Assembly (NCBI RefSeq): GCF_011386835.1
Contig: NC_088795.1
Span: 76,446,001-76,510,000 of the forward strand
Direction: 5' to 3'
DNA: 64,000 bases
DNA from: Chrysemys picta bellii
Taxonomy: Eukaryota
In this document: positions 21,459-35,964 of the stretch, one piece after another
Layout: each line of letters begins with the position of its first letter
How positions within the stretch are numbered: the stretch's first letter is position 1
Notes under the pieces: generated by a model
What the model saw: the letters and a program-made list of their open reading frames with translations, nothing else
Databases searched by the model: none
Told to the model about the DNA's origin: nothing
Program-made: the position numbers and the translations under genes

Positions 21459-23429
21459 CTACAGAAAGGGAAAAGAGAAAAGAACCGCTTATAAAACAGA
21501 GTATACTTGAAAAGAAAAACTGTGTGTACAAAACGAAATGTAAATGAGATAAAATCTTGATTCTTGTTCTACATCACTGTTCAGTATTAATGACTTAGTA
21601 AATTATCATTATGCACCTGATGAGTATAAGAATTAGGTATTTATACCTTCCATTAAAATAGCATTTTTTCCTGCATTACAAAGTCTTTCACGTGTCTCTA
21701 CCATTTGCACACTAGAGTATTTGGGAGGTAAAGAGAAAGTTAAAAAGCAGAAAGTACATAAAGAACACATTGTTCCAGGGAAAATGACTTGCAGACTTGC
21801 TGATAGTTTTAAACCCAAAAGTTAATATTTGCAAGGTACTATCCTCATCAAAAGGTCATGTATTAAGAATAGTTTAAAAAGTGGCACTTTTACAAGGTGG
21901 AATATTGGCTAAGCAATTACAAAGATGTGTAAAACAGTAATACTGGATTTCAGTCAAAACACTTCTGTGTGAAGGGAACATCTTTATTGTGTTCTGCAGC
22001 ATGATTTTTTTTGGTAGTGCTGTTCACTTTGCATCAGTTTTATGGTAACCTTTAAAGTCCCATCGGTGTTCTTAATATTTGTTATTGTGATTACAGTAAT
22101 GTTGGACAATAATATTTGATGTCCCACTTGGGCACAAAACATTTCTGTTTTTCTGTAAAACAAGCAACAATATTGAGCAAGACTCTTAAAAATGATACAA
22201 GGTGGAATGGGTGAGGTTGGGATGAACAACAGGAAAGAAGGGGAAATCATTTAAATTACTTAATCCAAGACTTTTCCTCTGGATGCAGAATAAAATCAGG
22301 AGAAGTCATTTTAACAATAAAGATTCTTGCTGTGAGACTCAGTTCATGGAAATCTCCTGACAAGTTATCACAAGTATATTCAGGCCAAATATGTAAAGAT
22401 GTTTAGGCATCTGATGTGCAGATTAGGCACTTATTGCGATTTAAAATCCCATCTAAGTGCCTAATTCCCATTGATTTTGATGGAAGTTAGGTGCTTTTGC
22501 AAATCCCAGTTGGGGACTATCTGTACCTTAAGGAACCTAAATATCTATTAAAATTCGGTCCTTAGTTTTTAAACTCCAATAGTTTCCACTGATGGGATTG
22601 TGCAACGTAACAATGAATTAGCGCTGAGATGGAATACACTTGCTAACCCTATGATCTTTTATGTTAAACTGTTTTATACTCCTAACATACAAGCAATGTG
22701 AAATGTAGTTACCACTTAACATTTACAGGTTTTATTTTAAAGTTTCAAAACACTTAAGACATATGCAGAATAGGGAAAATTTATCAAATAGTTCCAAGCA
22801 CAAGAAAGGCCCATGGTCTGGTTCTGCTCCTAAATTAAGTGGGCTTGATTCCACGGCTTTTATATTTTATGCTGGTGTAACACCATTGGATTGTTACGTA
22901 CTTTGGAGTAGCACCAATGTAAAATGGGAGTAAAGTTGCGGTAAATAAAACAACCTATGCTTTATCTTCACTAATGTTATAAAGAAGCAGTCTACGGTAA
23001 GTCTAGAAATGCACTGTTTTATTAAATTAATAAGAAAAGCAAAGGTCAGATTTTTACCATTTATTAGACATCAAACATCTGTTATAAACAAACACAGTCA
23101 TTAATTATAGTAACAATGCAACCCTTAAAGTTAAGAATTTTAAAAATTCAATTTACTTCTTATTTCTGTTCTTTATTTACTTCCCACATTTCTCTTAGAT
23201 TGGCTAGTGAAATGCAGTAATGTCAGTTAACCTTTATGTATATTCAATTTCACTTTCAGGTTGTTAGTGCTGCAGTGTTTAGGTTTCAAACACTTCAAGG
23301 TGATGTTGGTTAATGATTTAAAAAATTGTATAACTAGTACTAGTGATCTCAGGTTTTATAGAAGTTAGTTTTTACAATGTGAATTTTGTCCCAATTTTGA
23401 TGACAGTGTCCCTTTAAAGGTATTGGGCG

Positions 23430-23611
23430 GTAATGGGTCCTTTTGTTGGTAGTCTTATCAGAAACCAAGGACTGAATGGGCAAAAGGATTCTTTTTTTCT
23501 ATTAGAGAAGTCTGAATTACCGCTGCCTGTGCTGCACCTTTTCTGTTAACAAACAGAGGACTTTTATTCTACAGTCCTGTGAGTCCAACAACTTTTAGGA
23601 GTATTAAATTA
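23430..23611 (+). mobile_element. Probable LF-SINE relic with internal deletion
   Basis: ccttttgttggtagtcttatcagaaaccaaggactgaatgggc and gctgcctgtgctgcaccttttctgttaacaaacagaggact...gagtattaaatt match my recollection of two collinear blocks of the LF-SINE body and tail. Confidence 0.55.
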
Positions 23612-25971
23612 CCGTGAATATTTTTAAGTGATCATTTGCAACAGAGTTTCTAAAGATTGTAAATAGATTTGTCTACTGTTGTGGATTAAAAATAAATAAT
23701 CAGAAATCAGATTCACTGATCGTCCAACCTGATGAAATGGACATCTATCTAGGGAGCTGCCATGGGAAGAATGATGTAATCTAATTCAGTGCAAACTAGC
23801 CAAACTATTAACATTTAGACTCTTGCTTCAGTTGGAAAAAATAACTCTAAGATTTGGTTCGCACAGGGATTAGCAGAATAGGTCAAGTCAAAGGACAAGT
23901 CCACTTTTAGTTTAAAGATTTGTGCTATTAAAATGAATTCTAAACTGATAACTATGCTTGAGAGAGACAGACATCACCAGAGAGACCTCCTGGGTCTTCA
24001 CTAAGAGTTCAACACAGACCCCTAAAAGGAGGCTTCTTATCAACTTTTTATTAGATTTATAATCCCCCTTGCCTTACGATCCACTGCTGGCCCCTTCCTT
24101 ATCCTGCCTATTATAGCAGTACTGTCAAATTCATGACTACACACATTCTTACCAGTATGTCACATCCAAAAAAAGCATGTAAAAAGTAATTGTAAGTACA
24201 CAAATAAAGCAGACTTGTAGGTTTTTTAACTAATCTCATTTTTATATGGCTATCGTTCTAAGTGCCTATTTATTTGTCTAAAAGACATTCACCAACCGCA
24301 GACCCTGGTATTTGTTTTTGCTACAATACACTACATGTGCAAATTAGTTGGAAGATTGTTCATGTTTGGTTTTCATTACAGTTTGCTTGCTTTAGTTTAA
24401 TAGACACAAAGGAACAAATTTTCAAAAGTGGCTTTTATTTGTGCACACAGAGCCACACGAGAAGACCTATGCGCACGCGTGCACACACACACTCACATAT
24501 ACAAGTACTAGCTCCTCTTTGTGTCTGTGATATAATTCACACACGAAACCCAGTGGGTTTTATGCAAATTTTATCACTTGTGTATACCAAGTTGTGCACA
24601 CAAAAACAGAGGCCAGGTTGAAAATAAGGACGACATAAAAGGATTTACAGATGTGAAAACAGGCTTATCATATTGACTCTCCTATACACATGTGAACTTT
24701 TGGAATAAGACAAAGGAGGTTTACTTCATTTTATATTACAATCACACAGACATTTTTCTGTTTTCCCTATTCTCATTTATGAACATGCACACTACCCCCC
24801 AAGCCCTAAATGAAATAGTACTATAGGTAGAACTGGCAAAATCTATTATCTGAACACTATTTAATATCGGATATCGAATATCTGAGACCAATTCTCGGCT
24901 GCAGCCAAGCTGTGATTCATGCAGGAACAGGGATGAGAGACAAAAGTGGGTTCAACACGTTTTTGTACCTCCTGTATTTTTAGGCCATCTGGCTGCCATT
25001 TCTACCCATGATGTAAATTAGACTGTTGCTCTGGTTTTAAGGGGTGTGTATACCCCAGAATGTAATCAAGCTAATTGCAACCATATTATGTGCATTCAGC
25101 CACCCTAAATTAATAAAACAAACACCACAAAATTGTTAATTTAAAAACAGGCTTTCAGAAGCAAAGGTTCTGAAAACCCTGGGTAACCAGACTACACTCA
25201 GGATTGTGAGGGAGAGCAGTATAGGACTATTCTTGCAGCACTAAGCCACCTGAAGAAGCCCTCTCTGCCTCAATTATTCCCCAGGAGCTGCTTCTGCCCT
25301 ATTTATGCTGCTGGAACAGCGTAAACACTCTGGAAAAAAACATATCTCAGCAAACATCTAAAAGTAGGGTTTAACAACATTTAGCTGAAATGGAGATGAA
25401 TACAGTTTGTCCTTGTCTACATTTACATTTAAACCATATTTAGCACCAGTTCAGCAGCAAATGTTGTTAACTGTTGTCATTACTAGTTCCATTTTATCAT
25501 GTAAACAAGGCCTCAGTTACACCAGCATAAAATTAGACTAACTCCTTTGACTTCTGTGAACTATCTCGAACGTATACTGCTATTAACTATACAGAATTTC
25601 GTGGAGTATTTCATATTACTCACAAGCAGATGCTATGCATAGGCAAAGTCAAAATAACACAGTATACTAATCTATGGCACAGACTATATTATATTAGTTA
25701 TTAAATTTCTATTCCTCGTTTTTATTAAATGCCACAGGCTGTAAAAAAAACCAAACACAAAATACCAATTCTCCTGACTGGAAGTGATACTGTCATCTGC
25801 CTTACTGAAGATATTTTGTTTTTCTCTGTCAGAATAGACTACTAAGAGCTCTGAATCATACAGGAAGAGTTCATATTTATACTTATTTCTTTTTCTAGAA
25901 GCGTGTCATTCAACCACTTCATTATAATCAAATTCCTGAAGCATAACCTACTACTACAGGAAATATTACTA

Positions 25972-26484
25972 CAGGTTGAACCTCTCTAGTCCGGCACCCT
26001 TGGGACCTGACTGGTGCCAAACCAGAGAATTTGCTGAACTACGGGAGGTCACTGCAGAGTGCCAGTGGGTCTCCATAGGCCCAGGAAGTAGAGGTGCGGG
26101 TGTGTGTGTGTGTGTTGCAGCACCCCCAGGCTTTGCAGCCAGCGTGGCCCCCCACCCTGGGGCCCCACTGCTACCCTGGATCCCAGCCACCGGCCCCCTG
26201 TCCTCACCCTTCCTCCCAGAGCTTGAACGCCGTGAATCAGCTGTTTGCGGCACTCTGGAAGTGCTCGGAGGGAGGAGGAGGAGATAGTAAGAGTGGGGTT
26301 GCCAGCACACGAGAGGCGCGGGGGGAGGAGGGCATACAGGGGAGTTTAGCGCTGGTGGATGCTCCCCGCCCACTAATTTTTCTCTGTGGGTGCTCTAGCC
26401 CTGGAGCACCCACGGAGTTGGTGCCTGTGCTGGACCACGGATGTGGCCGGACTAGGGAGTGCCGGATTAGAGACGTTCAACCTG
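25972..26484. mobile_element. Tc1/mariner (Tigger-like) non-autonomous element, 513 bp
   Basis: TIR CAGGTTGAACCTCTCTAGTCCGGCAC / GTGCCGGATTAGAGACGTTCAACCTG flanked by TA on both sides. Confidence 0.9.
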
Positions 26485-27049
26485 TACTGGAAATTGTGTG
26501 TTTAATCAAGGAATTATTTTGTGTATTAATTTCTGAAAATTTAAAATAGATCAAAGTCCAAACTCTGCTCTCAGCTATGGAAGAGCAATACCAATGAAGT
26601 AAATGGAGCTGAAGTGGACGCAGGATTTGGTCTCACATTGTTCTCTCTATGAATCAATGAAATTAAACAAGGTTTGACTCTTAGTAATGTCTCCTCTCTT
26701 TTGTTTGCATCTTTAATTCATTTCCTGTTAGTCCTTGCACTCCATCTGATCCAGTAATGAACCCAACATCTGTGGCCACTCTGGGGCATGTTTGGCAGTG
26801 TAATAGCCAGCTATCAATCTCTAGTATGGATTTTCCAAGCAAAAATGCAGCACATATTTATGGCTAGCTCGTTGGCTGGCTTCTTTTCTGGCACCACTGC
26901 TGGCTATCTCATGGACATGAAATTACCTCTGGGACTGCCCAGAGGTCAGGCAGCTGATTGACTGTCTGAACTGTCTTGTTTAGCTAAAGGTTACTTTCAT
27001 TTTATTCACATAAGGCCAAATCCACCCTCCACCCCGACATCAAGAACAA

Positions 27050-27560
27050 ATTTAATACTGTTGGATTCTGCAGGGAAGAGAGAAAAGAAACCTTCCCTTA
27101 GGGCTCCATTCCAGGGTCTGGATGGGAATATAATCTAGTGGGCAAACTCTTCTGTCACATCCCCTGAACCCAGTCTCTTTGCCCAGCCAGTCCCAGGTTT
27201 TGTCCCCCTCACTATGATTCCTCATCAAATCTGTCTCCCCTCCCTGACCAGCCAGTCCCGGTCTCCCCACTCCTACAGATTCACAGTCTATATTGTATTC
27301 CTCCCCAGCTCTCAGGCCCAGTTAGAGTGACCAGATGTCCCGATTTCATAAGGACAGTCCTGATTTTTGGATCTTTTTCTTATATAGGCTCCTATTGCCC
27401 CCAACCCCGTCCCGATTTTTCACAGTTGCTGTCAGGTCACCCCTAGGCCCAGTCTACTTGCCCAGTCAGTCCCAGTTTCCCTCCCCGTAACCAGCCTTCA
27501 GTCCCAGTCCTCACCCACAAGCTCCTTGTCCTAATCTTGGCAAAGTTATAACAGGAATTG
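27050..27560. repeat. Partial inverted copy of the 5400-6905 repeat family, hosting a hAT MITE
   Basis: cccagccagtcccaggt/cccagtcagtcccagtttcc modules are reverse complements of the gggactgg modules at about 6130-6510. Confidence 0.5.
27323..27445. mobile_element. hAT-type MITE (third copy of the 12984 family)
   Basis: TIRs and a perfect 8-bp TSD GGCCCAGT (27315-27322 / 27446-27453). Confidence 0.92.
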
Positions 27561-29016
27561 CTACCAGCACCACATATACTGTATCTTAATGAAATTCATG
27601 TACAACTTTATCATAAATGAAATAATTTCCTCAGCCCTGATGCCTTATGAGAATCCCGGAGAATGAAAAAAAATAGCAAGGTCTCTGATTTGAGTAAAAT
27701 CCAAACCCTGCTTATAACATTGAAAATATAGTCCAAATTTTGCCTCAATTCCTTTGCAGTTGGGGGAGTTGCATAGTATAAGCGAGTTCAGAGTTTAGTT
27801 CCATCTGTAAACTAGAAGGATATATTTTTTTCTTTAAAGTTCCTAATAAAAGTCTCCATGATTGACCATTATTTTCAAATTTATTATCTCTTTTCAGTGT
27901 ATATTTAAGTAGAAGTTTGCTCATTTTCCAGTCCAGATGCTAATAGAGACAAGCATTTTTTTCTGCTCCCAGCTAGAGATCATGTACAATAAACAAATTT
28001 GGTTTAATTAGAATAAAATGTAACTTGCTGTTGTGTAAAACTACTAATAAATACTAATAAATGTGTTTCACCACCAAAATCATATTTGTTCTTCTGGTTG
28101 CATATTCCTATCTTGCATACTTTGGACAGTAAGTGTTATTTTTATATTTTACTTCTCAAAGCATTTAGATAAAATGGTTAATAATAGCAGCTAGATATAG
28201 TACTTTGAAGCATTCATTATCAGATAGCTGACTTTCTTGGTATGCTAAGTGCATGAGGTTTTACTTTGAAAAGAAGGCTTTGTTTACAGACACATTATTA
28301 TAATGTGCACTTTGTTGAACTTTATTGTCTAAATATTTCTAAGAAGATTTCTATAAACTAGCTTTTCATGAGTAACCATACACATTTGTCTTTGTAATTT
28401 ATAATATGTTAATTATTTTTTGGTGGAAGCAAACAGACTGGCTGATAACCCCTTATCAAAATTGTTTTTTTCAATCCAGATACCTACTGCACACCACTAC
28501 AAATCAAATATGAGTGTAAGATAACACGTATAGTGTGTCATAACACTTAATTTTTCACCTTTTAAAAATAAAATCCTCATGTTTCAGCACCAGGACTCTT
28601 AATTTTTTAAATGGAAAACAAAGCTGTGTACAAAATGTTATCTGGCTGACAATATTAAGATTTCTAGGAAATCAGCTGAATTAGTCACTGATAAATTATT
28701 TCATTATCATTATGGAAAGCTTTCAAAAGTGCCAGACAAATGATGAATATTTATAGCTATATTTAAAGGAATTTACAACTAAGATCTGTACAAATGTAGT
28801 TTATAGTAAACCCTCATTGTCTCGCGTTTTTACAATCATTATTGCCAAATGAACTGGTGGAAGCGTACAAAAATCAACAAAAACCTAGCCAAATATTTTA
28901 AAACATATAAATAAACAAACAAAAAAGTGAAACATAGGGACTGTCACACCAGAGCAGATCATTGATTCATTTAATCCAGGATTCTACCAGATAAAGAACA
29001 AAGATCTATATCTGGC

Positions 29017-29507
29017 TGTGCCAGAGTTGCCGCCCCTAGGTACAGGTCTCTGTCTGTATGTTGCTGTCTGTGGGAGGTCCGAGGTAGTGGCTAAAGAACA
29101 CTTCAGTCCTACCCTTTACAGCATGTTAAGATCCAAAGGAAACCAGGAACCAAAAAAACCACAACTCCAAACACGCTGAATCCAACAAGCTTTTTTGGTG
29201 GGACCCCTTCCTTCTGTTCAGGGCTTGTCTCAAAACTCTATATTTTCAGCTGTTCCCCCTGGGCCTGGCTGTCCCTTCTGGCAGGGGCTTACCCTGCTGG
29301 CAAGCTAGCTCATGCTCTGGGTTGCAATCAGGCTCCTCTCCCATCAAGAGAAGCTGCCGCTGTTCTCCTTCCTGGTTGGCCCTGAACTGCATTAAGTTCT
29401 CCTCCTTTTAGCTCCCCTTGCCGTGCCTCACATTTTCTGTAGGTGTATGTGGTGGGGCCATCTGGGTCCACAGGCTCTCCTTACCATCTCCTTGTCAGCA
29501 TGGGACA
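29017..29507. mobile_element. Possible old solo LTR
   Basis: GC-richer block starting TGT and ending ACA in AT-rich surroundings. No convincing TSD found. Confidence 0.3.
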
Positions 29508-31263
29508 TACCTGAATGTGAACCCCTTCTTTCACACACCAACACATGCACATTGCACATGCTTGCGCGCCCCCCCCCCCAAAGTTCTTGATTGTACAAAG
29601 CTTCATGGGGAAATATTTACCAGTCCCAATCTATTCAAGCCTAGAACTTATGCCCTCAAACAGGAGGGAGACTCCTCTTTCTTTGTAGAGGAATGTTCAC
29701 ATATACAGTAAGTTGATATATCCTGTATGAAAATCTAGAGGAGAAGACAAAGAGGAAAGTACGAATTGGGTTTGTTTCTGCTTTGTTTATTTGCTGGGTT
29801 TTTGTTTTTTGATCTGGCTTCCTTTGTTTCTGTTTATTAAGTATATCTGAGTCAAGAAATAGGTAACTGGAACGCTGGACTAAGCTGCTACCTAACTTTT
29901 CTCTCAATTAAATTGCTGGGTCTTCTGTCTTAGCTGTCTTATATCACTGGAACTACATGCAGCAGAAAGGACTGAACTGCACTCATGTCAAAGCTCATAA
30001 AAAGCCACCCAGGGTTGCTATGAGGCGCTGTTAGACATTTTATGTAAATTTATAAAGGAACCATTTCAGTTTTGAGAGGTTTGCCCTATGACATGCTTCA
30101 GGAAGCCTTGGAATGTGAGTTCTCTCACTTTTGAAATACTACCCACATCATTGCTAATAAAAAAAAAGCGGATATCACAGAATGGATCCTCTATTTCATA
30201 ATATTATCCATTTTCCATATTTCTCTATTTTTGTAATATTTAATATCTGGGATCAAAGCATATGTATAAAAGCACTTTAAAGTTAATAGATGGTTCAACA
30301 TATTATTTATTCTGGTATTTTTGATAGGCTGGTACTTTATGTACAGTTGGATTAAAAATATCTGGCTTAATTTTCAATGTTTGTCTTTCATTATATTATA
30401 TTCTCATATGCTTATTTTATAGCCTACAATTAAAGAATATATTATCATAGCAGCGTATATTCAACTGATTGAAATCACCTCCTGTGAATTGTAGGTGTTC
30501 TCTAGACACTGGTCTTTTTGATTGAGATCAAGTGAAGAATAAGTTTAATATTTGATACATCTGCTATATCCTGCAATGGCAGTGGATAGATTTGATAGTC
30601 TCTTCCATCTTTAACTTCTGTTATCTTATTTACATATGTAAAGAGGGTAAACAGAATAGTTGAATATGTCAAACTACACTATACTTCCAAAGCATAACAG
30701 CTAGATAAACAAATAAGAGATTTCTTTCAAAGAATTTGGAGATAGCTCTAATTTAAATAGCAAGTATATTTACCTCAAGCATAATCAGTAACGTGTATTC
30801 TGTGCCATAACCCAAATGCAATCCTCACAGCCAGCGCTGGCAGCACTGGCTTGCCTTCACCTAACCCTTGCACTCCTAGAGTGCAAGCAGTCAAATTTAT
30901 GGCAGATTCCTCTGTGTGTTTTACAGTTGGAAAGAGGATTCTTGCATCTTCTCCTTTCCTGCACATTTGCACTGGAGAAGCCATAATTTGGCCTATAACT
31001 TTAAAAGATACAAATATAAGAATATTGCCCAACATTTCCTAAAAAGGATGGTTCAATTTAATTTAAAAGGTCAAAGAAGTTCAAAAAGACTCTGAAGAAA
31101 CTTATCCAAAGTATAAATTTACACGAAAGTAAAAACTTTACTATATACTCTAAAGTTTTACACTCCAGAATTCTCAAATCCTGTCCATTATCCTGTAGCT
31201 ATCTGATATAAATAAATTGAAACACTTTTCTCTTTTTAAACCACCATCTTATCAATCATTCAA

Positions 31264-31745
31264 GATAGTATGGCTTAGTGGATAGAACGCTGAACTGGGG
31301 ATTCAGGAGACCTAATTTCTATTCCCAGCTCTGCTATTTGCCTGCTAGAGTATGTCTACACTGCAGCAGACACAGGCCTCCCATCCTATACACACGCTAG
31401 CATGCTAAAATTAGCAGTGTGATGTTGTAGCTTGAGCTCTCTAATCTTGGGAATCAGGTGGGCTTCAGAGCCCAAGCTCCAGCCTAAACTGCAATGTCCA
31501 CACTGCTATTTTTAGCATGATCACTTGAGCCCTGCTAACAATAGATCAAGCCCTGCTAGTGTGAGTCGATCTATCCAAGCTGGGAGGATCACTCCCAGCT
31601 ACAGTGTAGACATACCCCTGATGACCTTGGACAAGTCACATCACCGCTCTGTGCCTCAGTTTTCCCATCTGTTAAACTGGGATGACGACACTGGTCTCTT
31701 TTATAAAGTGTGTGGATAGCTGTGAAAAGTACATCATCAAGCTAC
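31264..31745 (+). mobile_element. tRNA-derived CORE-SINE (MIR-like) split by a Harbinger MITE
   Basis: tRNA-like head (tggcttagtggatagaac...ggagacc...tctattcccagctctgc) and a CORE segment (tgaccttggacaagtcac...ctgtgcctcagttttcccatctgt). Confidence 0.8.
31348..31617. mobile_element. PIF/Harbinger MITE
   Basis: TIR gagtatgtctacactgcag / cagtgtagacataccc; 3-bp flanks cta/ctg. Confidence 0.85.
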
Positions 31746-34678
31746 AACACACACATGTCCAGAGTCACCAAATGACACACTATTTTTAATAATACTTAAC
31801 TCTTGCAGGTCTGAAATTACATTAAAGAACTTTTGGATGAGAACCAGGGTAAGACTATGATCAGAGAGTCTGTATAACCATTTTTATGATTGTAACAGAA
31901 ATGCTCTTCAAATGCTTTTCAAGGAACACAGGTTTTACCTCTATTTGTATAATTTTTGAAATCATTGAAAACAAGGGAGTCGATTCTGTACCTGCACCTC
32001 TTAAGAAGGTGCAGCCGAGGTAGGGCAGGGTAAAGTACATTAATAAAAAGAATCCCCAACTGCATCTCCAGAAAAGCTATCAAAATCCAAATAGAAGCAA
32101 CGATTAATGTATTTTTCACACATCCAGCTTTATTTAAATCTTGTATTTCTGAGTCACTGTCTGGTCAATTCTTTATATACAGACTACCTTGAGATAATGC
32201 CATTTTTTCTGGTACGTACAAATTAACATTGACCAGTAATTTCTGATACAATCACAATTGAGGACTGCACCTTAAGGCAATGCTTTGTGTAAATTTATCC
32301 TTTCCCTCTTGTATGAAGCACCGTATTTATGTAATTCGCCTCCCCACATCCCAATTTGTATTAACGGTACTATGTTTTTCTGATGGACTGTGGTTTATTT
32401 TGGCAGCTTTCCTGCCAAGTAATTGACTCTTGGTTTCCATGACTTGTGATCTGTATACTTCCTAAATTGACACTATAGGATAAAGTACAGGCCAAGTATT
32501 CCAGTGTAACTGAGAGTAGAATTTGGCTAGAAAGCTTTCCAGCAAGAGGACAAAAGTTTGTTTGGTTCAAAAAAAGAAAAAAAAACAACCACCTTTCTAT
32601 ACTACAAATGAGGAAAATAAATTGTAATTTGATAGCTGCTGAAATATAGTTCTTCCTTTTATGATTACCTAAATTGCCTTTAGGTCACATCCCTCTCTTT
32701 TGATAAAATTACATTGAATTTTGTGTGGTAATATATAAACTGATAACAGTGAAAAAAATCAAGTCAAATGATGCATTTAACTTCTGTTAATATATTAGCT
32801 TTCATTATGGCACCTTCTGCGATTTAAATCATCTTACACTGTAAACTAACATTATCAGAATGTCAAAACTTATTGACTTTGTATTGATACAACAGCGAAT
32901 ATTAACATTACTTACTAAGTCATTATTTTTGTCAGACTAAACAGAAAAAAATACATGGGAAAAACAGGCCCATAGTTCATAAATGACTCAAGCATTCTTC
33001 TGATGCATACATCTCCAAACTGTGCATATGAACATAATGTAAGTCTCAGATATTGCAAGCAATTTCAAGCTGGTAGCATGTTTCCTGTGAGAATAGTTCT
33101 TCTAAAACATATTTCAAACTATTTTGAGAAATGTTTTCCCTTGAGAGATTATTACTGTAGTCATGAAACTAAACGATTTAGAACTTTATGCTCACTTCCA
33201 CTTCAATGATCAGAGAGAAAGCAAGAAATGTGGGTCTTACCAGCAAAGGTACAAAATGGGGAAAGATGTCAGTAAGGCATGGTCTCAACCTTCCTTGAAG
33301 AAGTGCCTTTGTGGACATTGTGGCTGAGATGTAGGCAGTGTAGAACTGGGGACTGGTTGCTTTTCCACCAGATTCTGCTATCTCAGTCTAGGGAGTACAG
33401 CAATTGAATTGCTGTTGCATCACCGAGATGCTATGGAAATAAATACTTTATAAAATGTGTAAATTAATAAAAAGTCAGTTTTTTCACTGGACAAGCCACC
33501 ACCAAAAAACTTAAGATGTTACTGAATGACAGAAATTAGAGAAGGAAAAGGTCTGCTGCATTAAGTTACCTAGTCCAGAGGTTCTCACACATTTTCATGT
33601 TGTGGACCACATCTGAATAAAAAAATTGTCTTGTGCACCATCTCCCCTCCCATTTGTATAAGTTCCCTGTGCCAACTACATCAATTACTTTTGTGGGAAA
33701 AGTGATATCAGGAAAGCATACGTGTATCTTTAGCTGTCTTTTAGTCTCCAGTGTCCAGTTATTGGCCCTAAACACTGGAATTCATTTCGCATTGGTCTGT
33801 AAGACTAATATATTTTCTCATGCTTTTCCTGAGTGGCAATGGTAGTTTATCTTCGGGAATACCAGTGGGGATCTACTATGGCAACTGGTGTGATGGCTTT
33901 TATGGAAATCAAACAATGTATAGCGAATAGAACAATTTTTCTTATTTCATTTGGGAAATATAAGAGAAAAAGGAGTGAAAAAAATGTGACTGACATCTGA
34001 AATTTTACAGTGTGGTCCTTTGAAATTAAACCCCATACCCTTTTGTCTGATGTGCTCTTTACTCATTTCATTGCAATATAACAATGTTGAACCACTGTTG
34101 CATAGCTTCAATATGATCATTTTCAGGTGAGCAAAAATTAAAAAAAAAAATAAGGCTGTGCTAAGGTCTCTCCCTTTAAAAGGAAGTCTTCTGAAACTCG
34201 TGGGTCCTGGAAGTCACAGTACCATTTCTAAGGAATTTTGCCAATGACTTCATTCAATAGGAGGAGGACAGGAACCTAAATGATGAAGTTCCTTGGCTTT
34301 GTGGAATAGGTAACCAAAATAAATAAATAAAATAAAATAAATATTCCCCCCCTCCCCACAAGAAACCAACCCCACCCACCACCACATAGTGCTACCTTTT
34401 TTTGTCTAAGCAAGGCTTTGTTTAGTTCTGGTGAGCCCACCCCCCATGAGCCTTCTGTCTTTAGTTCTGATATTTTCTTAACTGTTCATGTCAGGTCCCT
34501 CCAAAGACATTTATCACCTCTTAAAAGGCTACTTTCTTAAGATCTTGAAAAATGAGGTCACTACCAGTATCAGAAATATAAATTATGTCATAAACTGATG
34601 TTGCTCCACTGACATCAATGGACTGGTGCCTATGTACTGCAGCTGAGAATCTGGCCCTGAATCTGGAAATCTGAGCTA

Positions 34679-34866
34679 CACCTCTACCCCAATATAACAC
34701 GACCCAATATAACACAAATTCGGATATAATGCGGTAAAGCAGCGCTCCAGGGGGGCGGGGCTGTGTACTCCGGTGGATCAAAGCAAGTTCGATATAATGT
34801 GGTTTCACCTATAACGCGGTAAGATTTTTTGGCTCCCGAGGACAGCATTATATCGGGATAGAGGTG
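34679..34866. mobile_element. Tc1/mariner (Tigger-like) MITE, 188 bp
   Basis: TIR CACCTCTACCCC.ATATAA / TTATATCGGGATAGAGGTG with TA on both sides. Confidence 0.88.
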
Positions 34867-35728
34867 TATATGCTATGACTACATCTGCATTAGGCGATCT
34901 CTTATCGCACATGTTTCTGATGTTATAGCAATGTGAAGATATATCATTTGCATCTCTCAACCAGCTAGAAGAACTGTGGCTTTGAGAAAACAGTTGTTTT
35001 CTTTTTTTAAACTGTTTGACTTGTACCATCCCTGTGTGGCTGTCTAGAACGCTAGAGTAGCTCACATTCTGCACTGGAAATCCTTGGTAGAATGCACAAT
35101 TACAGATGAGTATGTTTGAAAAAAGGCTTTCATGACTGGATAAGATTATGAACATTTATCTTTCCTTCACTGACTCTTCTCTCCCCTTCTCTAATCCTTT
35201 CCTTAGCTGGGTGGTACACGAAGCAGTTTCATGGTAAGGAATCCTACTCGCAACAGCTGCCACTGCACAGCTGCTTCTGCTGTGTTGGGCTCCAATTGAG
35301 CAGTATTTCACTAAAAGGGAACTAGGTGATAAAGGAGATTAAATTAACACTAAAATTAGATCATCCTCATTTAGAGTATCCAGCAAGAAGAGAGAGAGAG
35401 GAAAAAATAGAGACTACCAAAGGAAAAACACAGACAGCTGATCTGAGAAGATGACAATAGTGAATGGCTATTTGGGAGGCTGCTTAACTATGGTGCTCAA
35501 TGACAGAATGTGTAATTGTTATAGTTGCACATAATAGTATTTAATTTTAGCTTTTTTTCCTTTAAAAAACCCTAGAAATTACAGTAAAAACCCAACTATG
35601 TTAAATGTCATTTCAGTTGGAAAGTCAAGCACTTGAAAATTGTGTCCATGCAATCTCAATTCTGCCCTCTTGCATGTACAGTATGAAACAGTCTGTACTG
35701 AGATGATCACATACTATTTTTTCTACAG

Positions 35729-35964
35729 GTTTCAGAGTAGCAGCCGTGTTAGTCTGTATCCGCAAAAAGAACAGGAGTACTTGTGGCACCTTAGAGACTA
35801 ACAAATTTATTAGAGCATAAGCTTTCGTGGACTACAGCCCACTTAGAGCATAAGCTTTCGTGGACTACAGCCCACTTCTTCAGAAGAAGTGGGCTGTAGT
35901 CCACGAAAGCTTATGCTCTGATAAATTTGTTAGTCTCTAAGGTGCCACAAGTCCTCCTGTTCTT
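35729..35964. mobile_element. Penelope-like element terminus in inverted (palindromic) arrangement, young insertion
   Basis: gtttcagagtagcagccgtgttagtctg...gtggcaccttagagactaac pLTR sequence mirrored about 35882. Perfect 15-bp TSD ctattttttctacag (35714-35728 / 35965-35979) and a 33-bp tandem duplication (35810-35842, 35843-35875). Confidence 0.9.
35846..35883 (-). ncRNA. Minimal hammerhead ribozyme core (Penelope-type)
   Basis: The minus strand reads CUGAAGA-A-GUGGGC(UGUA)GUCCAC-GAAA-GC(UUAU)GC-UC: CUGANGA box, stem II, GAAA box, very short stem III and a UC cleavage triplet. Activity not shown. Confidence 0.65.

Noticed and set aside
31264-31345. tRNA gene
   Set aside because: It is the tRNA-derived head of a SINE: no cloverleaf, and it continues into a CORE domain.
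35810-35875. 33-bp direct repeats as a CRISPR-like array
   Set aside because: Only two abutting units with no spacer, inside a Penelope terminus in a vertebrate genome, with no cas genes.
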